Assembly: GCF_000008385.1 (NCBI RefSeq)
Contig: NC_006833.1
Coordinates: 810,001-842,000, forward strand
Origin: Wolbachia endosymbiont strain TRS of Brugia malayi
GTDB lineage: Bacteria > Pseudomonadota > Alphaproteobacteria > Rickettsiales > Anaplasmataceae
Direction of reading: 5' to 3'
Length of the DNA: 32,000 nt
In this document: positions 27,274 through 32,000 of the stretch, piece after piece
Layout: the number at the start of each line of letters is the position of its first letter
How positions within the stretch are numbered: position 1 is the stretch's first letter
Position numbers and translations under genes: made by a program
Notes under the pieces: model-generated
What the model saw: only the letters and a program-made list of their open reading frames with translations
What the model was told of the DNA's origin: nothing
Database searches by the model: none

Positions 27274-28254
27274 CTACAACAAGAAAGCAACAGTAAAAAC
27301 TGAACAGACAATAGTAATTATCAAAAATTTTATAACTATTTCGTTTTCTGACCATCCCTTCTTTTCAAAATGGTGGTGTATTGGTGTCATAAGAAAAATC
27401 CTTTTTCCTTTTCCATGCTTAAATCTTGTATATTTGAAGTACAATACCTGAATAACAACAGATAAAGTCTCTATCACAAAGATTACCCCAATAACAGCAA
27501 AAAGCACTTCTCTTTTAATTAGAACACTGGTTAATCCTAGAGCTGCACCAATTGATAAACTGCCAATGTCACCCATAAATATCTTTGCTGGATGTGTGTT
27601 AAACCACAAGAAACTTAAAGTCGCTCCTATAAACGTGATGCAGAATAGGATAACACTTATATCTGCTCGAGTCATGTATGCAACTAATCCCAAAGAAACA
27701 AAAGAAGCGATGATTTGAGTTGCTGCAAGGCCATCTAGGCCATCTGTAAGATTCACAGCGTTAGAAGAGCCGACCACTATAAATGCAGCAAATGGAGCAT
27801 ATAGGTAGCTAAAGTCGATCATTATTCCTTTAAATAGGAAAGTTTTTGTAAAATCTTCAGTAAAGTATAACTTAAATACAGACATACCAACCAGGGCAAC
27901 AATAAATTGGATGAGTATTTTAGTTTTTGCGCTTAGCCCTCGATAGCTATTCGCTTTTAACTTTAAATAATCATCAATGAACCCAATTAGAGCGAAGGAT
28001 AGAGTTATAGATACTAGCAATAGAATCTCTGGTGTTGACTGAACCCAAAATAAAATTGGTAATAAAGAAGAAGTCAGTATTACTACCCCACCCATGGTAG
28101 GGGTATTTCTTTTTGTAATTAAATGATTTTCTGGACTGCATAACCTGATGGGTTGTCCATTTTTGCTAATTTTTTTTAGAAACTTTATAAAATAAGGAGA
28201 AAGAATAAACCCAAAAATAAATGAGGTGAAAAATATTTTTGTAGGTAAGTTCAT
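27274..28254 (-). CDS. mraY: Phospho-N-acetylmuramoyl-pentapeptide transferase
   Basis: 326-aa polytopic ORF with MraY motifs (KRNTPTMGG, GFIDDYLK, NAVNLTDGLDGLA, IFMGDIGSL, PIHHHFE). Confidence 0.95.
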   Translation of the reverse strand: MNLPTKIFFTSFIFGFILSPYFIKFLKKISKNGQPIRLCSPENHLITKRNTPTMGGVVILTSSLLPILFWVQSTPEILLLVSITLSFALIGFIDDYLKLKANSYRGLSAKTKILIQFIVALVGMSVFKLYFTEDFTKTFLFKGIMIDFSYLYAPFAAFIVVGSSNAVNLTDGLDGLAATQIIASFVSLGLVAYMTRADISVILFCITFIGATLSFLWFNTHPAKIFMGDIGSLSIGAALGLTSVLIKREVLFAVIGVIFVIETLSVVIQVLYFKYTRFKHGKGKRIFLMTPIHHHFEKKGWSENEIVIKFLIITIVCSVFTVAFLL

Positions 28255-28315
28255 CTACCTATTTAAATTCACTGATTGAATACTGCATTGGATACTCATA
28301 AATATATCATAGTGC

Positions 28316-28348
28316 AGAGATATTGGTAATCATTCTACCAATATCTCT
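28316..28348 (-). terminator. 13-bp perfect hairpin straddling the ftsK stop codon (candidate terminator, attenuator or RNA-stability element)
   Basis: agagatattggta (28316-28328) and taccaatatctct (28336-28348) are exact reverse complements separated by a 7-nt loop containing the ftsK TGA. No clean U-run follows on the minus strand. Confidence 0.3.
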
Positions 28349-30453
28349 CTCTTTCCTAAGTAATTTGGAGCGCTAATAATACCTTCTTTTTCCGTTCTTT
28401 CAACAATATTTGCAGCTCTGTTGTAGCCTATTCTAAGCTGTCGTTGAATGTAACTAGTTGAAACTTTTTGATCCCTTTGAATAATAGCCACTGCTTGCTT
28501 GTATAGATCATTCTCTTCACCCTCTGTTTCACCTTTTAGTTCCGCAGAGGAATTTTCATCTTCTTTGGTGATTTCTTCCATGTAGTTTGGTTCACCTTGC
28601 ATTTTCAAATGATCAACTATATTTTGCACTTCTTCATCACTCACAAATGGGCCATGAACTCGAATAATCTTACCGCCAGAAGCCATATAAAGCATATCAC
28701 CCATACCGAGCAACTGTTCAGCCCCTTGTTCACCAAGTATTGTTCTGCTATCTATTTTAGAAGTGACAGCAAAACTGATTCTTGTTGGAAAATTTGCTTT
28801 TATTACGCCTGTTATCACATCTACAGATGGACGTTGTGTTGCCATTATAATGTGTATTCCTGCAGCACGAGCCATCTGAGCTAAACGTTGAATAGAACAC
28901 TCTATTTCCTTACCAGCAACAAGCATCAAGTCTGCCATTTCATCTACAATTACTACAATATATGAAAATGTCTCCATTTTGATTGGCATCTTTTCAAATA
29001 AGGGTTTACCTGTTGTTGAGTTAAACCCAACCTGTACAACACGCTCCAGTTCTATCCCGCTATTTATCGCTTCCGTGATTTTTTGGTTATAGTTTATTAC
29101 ATTGCGTACATTCAAATAAGACATCATGCGATAGCGATTTTCCATTTCTTTTACTATCCACTTAAGAGCAATAACAGCCTTTTTTGGCTCTGTTACTACT
29201 GGTGTTATTAGGTGTGGTATTGCATCATATATTGAAAGCTCAAGCATCTTTGGGTCGATCATTATCATCTTACACGCGTCAGGACTTAATCGATAAATGA
29301 GTGAAAGAATCATAGTGTTAATTGCAACTGATTTACCAGATCCTGTGGTTCCAGCAACAAGCAAGTGAGGCATTTTAGCCAGATCAGCAATAACTGGTTT
29401 TCCACTTATTTCTTTACCAAGCGCAATTGGAAGGTTTAAATTTGCATTTTGATATTCTAATGATTCAAGTAAGTCACGCAGCATGACGATTTCTCGTTCC
29501 TTGTTTGGTAATTCTATTCCCATAGCGTTTTGTCCACGAATTATTGAAATACGTGCAGATAATGCACTCATTGAACGTGCAATATCGTCTGCAAGGCCAA
29601 TTACTCTTGCAGACTTTGTGCCAGCTTGTGGTTCAAGTTTGTATAAAGTTACAACTGGTCCATAACATACACTAATAACTTTTCCTTGCACACCGAAATC
29701 ACTAAGGACCTGCTCCAGCAGAGATAAATTCTTATTACTCTCCATTTCATTCAGCCGCTTTCTCTGCAAAGATTCCTCTGCTTTAGAAAGTAAGTGAATG
29801 CTTGGAAACTTAAACTCGCTGGAAGATTCAAAGATCTCTCCAATAACTTTTTTCTGCCTTTCTTTTGGTTGCTGTCTAGTAGTAATTTGAGCTCTGTGTT
29901 TTTCTTCCACTACTAATGGTGGAGTCGGATACTCAGCGGCTTTATATAACCTAAAAAACAGAACCTTTGCTAAAAGAGAAGCTACTTTTTTATATAAGAG
30001 GAATAGCAAGTAAATTGTCCTCTTCCAACCAATTAGCCCTACAATACCTGTTGACGTTGCTATTATGAATATGTAAAAAGGGCAGTTATTAATTAGTATA
30101 TTTCCTATTATTCCACTGTGCATATACCTTGCAGTGATACCTAGTGAAAGTTGTGGTAACATAGCGCATATTCCTAAGTTGATTAATACTGAGTAGAGAA
30201 CTTTCAGTAGCCTTTTTGATGGTCTGAAGATCAAAAAACAAATTATAGTAGTGGCTACTGTAATACTAGTTAATCCAAGAAATTGAACTAATATATCAGC
30301 TAAATATGAACCTACTATTCCACCTAAATTCGTCACTTCTTTATCTGTGACTGTATTTAAGGATATATCTTTATAGCTATAGCTAAAAACTGATATATAT
30401 ATATATATTAAAAGTGATAGGTATATTGCTGCTTTTAGATATTTTTTTAGCAT
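28330..30453 (-). CDS. ftsK: DNA translocase FtsK
   Basis: 707-aa ORF with an N-terminal membrane domain, a linker, a motor domain (HLLVAGTTGSGKS, IVVIVDEMADLM, ATQRPSVDVITG) and a C-terminal gamma winged helix (STSYIQRQLRIGYNRAANIVE). Confidence 0.95.
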   Translation of the reverse strand: MLKKYLKAAIYLSLLIYIYISVFSYSYKDISLNTVTDKEVTNLGGIVGSYLADILVQFLGLTSITVATTIICFLIFRPSKRLLKVLYSVLINLGICAMLPQLSLGITARYMHSGIIGNILINNCPFYIFIIATSTGIVGLIGWKRTIYLLFLLYKKVASLLAKVLFFRLYKAAEYPTPPLVVEEKHRAQITTRQQPKERQKKVIGEIFESSSEFKFPSIHLLSKAEESLQRKRLNEMESNKNLSLLEQVLSDFGVQGKVISVCYGPVVTLYKLEPQAGTKSARVIGLADDIARSMSALSARISIIRGQNAMGIELPNKEREIVMLRDLLESLEYQNANLNLPIALGKEISGKPVIADLAKMPHLLVAGTTGSGKSVAINTMILSLIYRLSPDACKMIMIDPKMLELSIYDAIPHLITPVVTEPKKAVIALKWIVKEMENRYRMMSYLNVRNVINYNQKITEAINSGIELERVVQVGFNSTTGKPLFEKMPIKMETFSYIVVIVDEMADLMLVAGKEIECSIQRLAQMARAAGIHIIMATQRPSVDVITGVIKANFPTRISFAVTSKIDSRTILGEQGAEQLLGMGDMLYMASGGKIIRVHGPFVSDEEVQNIVDHLKMQGEPNYMEEITKEDENSSAELKGETEGEENDLYKQAVAIIQRDQKVSTSYIQRQLRIGYNRAANIVERTEKEGIISAPNYLGKREILVE

Positions 30454-30732
30454 CTACTTAAAGTAGTAAGTCATTGTATATTTTACAAAGTGAATTGCTA
30501 TTAGCAATATCATTATAGATAAATCCAACCCGTTGAGTGGTCGTATATACCTTCTGATAACTTTTAGCGGTGGATAGGTGAGCCGGTTCAAAGTGTGCAT
30601 TATGTTGCTTACAACTTCGTTATACATGTTTACCACATTAAGCTTGATTAGCCAATCCAGAATAATCCAACATATTAGAATGAAGCTATAAAGATCAAGT
30701 AACATGTTGAGTAAGTATATGATTGGATGCAT
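30454..30732 (-). CDS. yggT: YggT-family membrane protein
   Basis: 92-aa two-TM ORF (LLDLYSFILICWIILDWL..LDLSIMILLIAIHF) of YggT type. Its stop codon abuts the ftsK start with no gap. Confidence 0.75.
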   Translation of the reverse strand: MHPIIYLLNMLLDLYSFILICWIILDWLIKLNVVNMYNEVVSNIMHTLNRLTYPPLKVIRRYIRPLNGLDLSIMILLIAIHFVKYTMTYYFK

Positions 30733-30947
30733 GCGTATCTATTACATGAAAATTATATAAAAGATAAGTATTTAGGAGTTTTAAATCAATCCCCCTTTTC
30801 AAATTCAAAATATTTTTATCCTAAGTTAAAAAATGTGCCGGGAAAGTGACTGTATAGAAATATATTTAAAACTTTGGCAGTAAGTCAAACAATCCTACCA
30901 GCTTATTTTTTATTTACATATTATATTTTCAAACATCCCACAAATAA

Positions 30948-31400
30948 TTACCTATCATGCAGTTGGTCTATGGATATAATACTACCATTTGATGAGTTTT
31001 CAGTACATTTTTCACTTTTATATTCTTTGTCAAAATCGACATTGATTTTGTCAAATATTAAAACATCCCCTGAAATTTTATCATGAAATTCACTAATAGC
31101 AAAAAACGGCACGGTGATTTGCTCTTGTTTTCCATGAAAACTTAAACTAACACTAAATTTATCCTCAAAAACTTCCAAACCATAAAATTGATGCTGTAAT
31201 ATAATAAGCATTTGAGTAGGATATGACTTTCTTAAGTAATCTGATATGACAACATCATTAAAATACGTGAAAAATAATATTTCTAAGTTAGGAGTGAAGC
31301 TATTACCTGATATAACATCTAAAGCCTTTTTGATAACTTGAAACTTGGCAGAATTGAGTAATTTTTTGTAACCTATCTTATCCATATAAGTTTTAAACAC
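30948..31400 (-). CDS. sspB: ClpXP adaptor SspB (alphaproteobacterial type)
   Basis: YPTQMLIILQHQFYGLEVFEDKFSVSLSFHGKQEQITVPFFAISEFHDKISGDVLIFD parallels the SspB-alpha core as I recall it (YPeEMTIVLQHQ.wdL.v....F.V.LsF.G....l.vPf.Ai..F.DPs..F.lqF). Start is either GTG 31400 or ATG 31385. Confidence 0.8.
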   Translation of the reverse strand: MFKTYMDKIGYKKLLNSAKFQVIKKALDVISGNSFTPNLEILFFTYFNDVVISDYLRKSYPTQMLIILQHQFYGLEVFEDKFSVSLSFHGKQEQITVPFFAISEFHDKISGDVLIFDKINVDFDKEYKSEKCTENSSNGSIISIDQLHDR

Positions 31401-31404
31401 GTGA

Positions 31405-31705
31405 ATTCTGGGGGGAACTTCTGTTACCCGGCGTTCCCTAAGCCGTGCTTATAGTAATGAAGTTATAGTGCTTAAATTAAGCAGCTACCGCAACATCACC
31501 TTCAGCAGCAAAATTATCGTTTGCGTTTAAACTATGAACTCTTAGCGGTGGTATCTAACCGAGCAAAGTTACCATCTTTACTATGCATGTCGATTCTTAT
31601 TCGCCCCCATGTAAATTAAAAACATGGTGGAGGCGCCGAGTACTGCCCTCGGGTCCAATACACCTATTACAAGGTAATTTTATTGCCATAGTGTATAAAA
31701 TACAC
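31405..31705 (-). ncRNA. ssrA: Two-piece (circularly permuted) tmRNA gene
   Basis: The minus strand reads an acceptor piece ending ..ccgag-ggcagta-ctcgg-cgcctcc-ACCA (CCA at 31627..31625), a 16-nt spacer, then a coding piece starting GGGGGCG at 31608. That start pairs with cgcctcc and includes a G3:U pair. The tag frame GCA AAC GAT AAT TTT GCT GCT GAA GGT GAT GTT GCG GTA GCT GCT TAA (31524..31477) gives ANDNFAAEGDVAVAA. The outer boundaries are approximate. Confidence 0.85.
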
Positions 31706-31711
31706 ATAGTT

Positions 31712-31740
31712 ATTGTATAGTAATATTTAATAAATGTCAA
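31712..31740 (-). promoter_or_regulatory. Sigma-70-type promoter for ssrA
   Basis: The minus strand has TTGACA (31740..31735), a 17-nt spacer, then TACAAT (31717..31712), immediately upstream of the tmRNA acceptor piece. Confidence 0.6.
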
Positions 31741-32000
31741 GATATTTTACTTTAAGTTAATCAATAGCTAAAATAAAATTAAGATTTCCAGAAAAAAATT
31801 ACTTCTCCTGCTACCGATGTGATCATAATTGCAGTAGAGATATTTAGACAGCTAGAAATCTATCTTCGTCCGCAGATCTTTTTCATCTACACCTAAAGTA
31901 ACTTAGATCTACCAATAATTTGATAAATCGTTGCCCCGTTACTTGTGAGCGGAATCTATGCTAAGCCACGCCAATGTTCACACAGTCATAAACAGTATGC

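Noticed and set aside
26919-27451. Plus-strand ORFs of 60 and 147 aa spanning rnhB and mraY
   Set aside because: They are antisense to two well-supported genes and cross the junction between them.
28597-29665. Plus-strand ORFs of 95 and 60 aa inside ftsK
   Set aside because: They are antisense shadow ORFs.
30874-31086. 70-aa plus-strand ORF overlapping the sspB 3' end
   Set aside because: It is largely antisense to sspB, hydrophobic and low-complexity, and has no ribosome-binding site that I can see.
31741-32000. Possible gene end (minus strand, ..HTVYDCVNIGVA*, stop at 31963..31961) or gene start (plus strand, ATG 31958 MLSHANVHTVINSM..) at the right edge
   Set aside because: Only about 13 codons are visible in either reading. 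That is too little to support a call.
1-32000. Searched by eye for tRNA genes (GTTCGAA/T-arm motifs), rRNA, CRISPR arrays, tandem arrays, prophage modules and known defence operons
   Set aside because: I found no tRNA-like cloverleaf apart from the tmRNA tRNA-like domain. There are no regularly spaced direct repeats, no phage structural or integrase genes, and no intact defence genes, only the SIR2-like and RelE/ParE relics.

Overview
AT-rich (about two-thirds A+T by eye) alphaproteobacterial chromosome segment. Gene content, the mobile-element debris (Rpn, IS110, ankyrin-like) and a permuted tmRNA fit a Rickettsiales endosymbiont, most like Wolbachia; this is inference from the sequence, no search was run. 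The backbone is housekeeping: nuoJKLMN (-), uvrD (+), qor (-), pepA plus a secreted dioxygenase-fold protein (-), rpmJ (-, too short for the ORF track), a PDRP-type kinase (-), ccmC (+), recG (-), miaA (-), tsaC-holB (+), and one long minus-strand run of ssrA (two-piece tmRNA), sspB, yggT, ftsK, mraY, rnhB. Almost every large gap between these blocks holds decayed accessory DNA: a signal-peptide plus SIR2-like pseudogene (6014-7058); an ankyrin-like fragment, an IS110 transposase tail and an Rpn/PD-(D/E)XK nuclease pseudogene (10582-12500); a broken ftsB (14998-15302); an RHH/RelE-ParE toxin-antitoxin relic and a GrpB relic (17914-18799); and two fragmented orphan genes (21051-22077, 25200-25934). 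A conserved intergenic repeat occurs at three loci (5693-5900, 9305-9425, 16763-16886). I found no tRNA, rRNA, CRISPR array, prophage or intact mobile element, and no intact multi-gene novel system. The items most worth follow-up are the ssrA-sspB physical linkage, the dying secreted SIR2-like gene, a stand-alone VirB8-like membrane protein, a dioxygenase-fold protein that seems to have lost metal ligands, and the unclassified repeat family.
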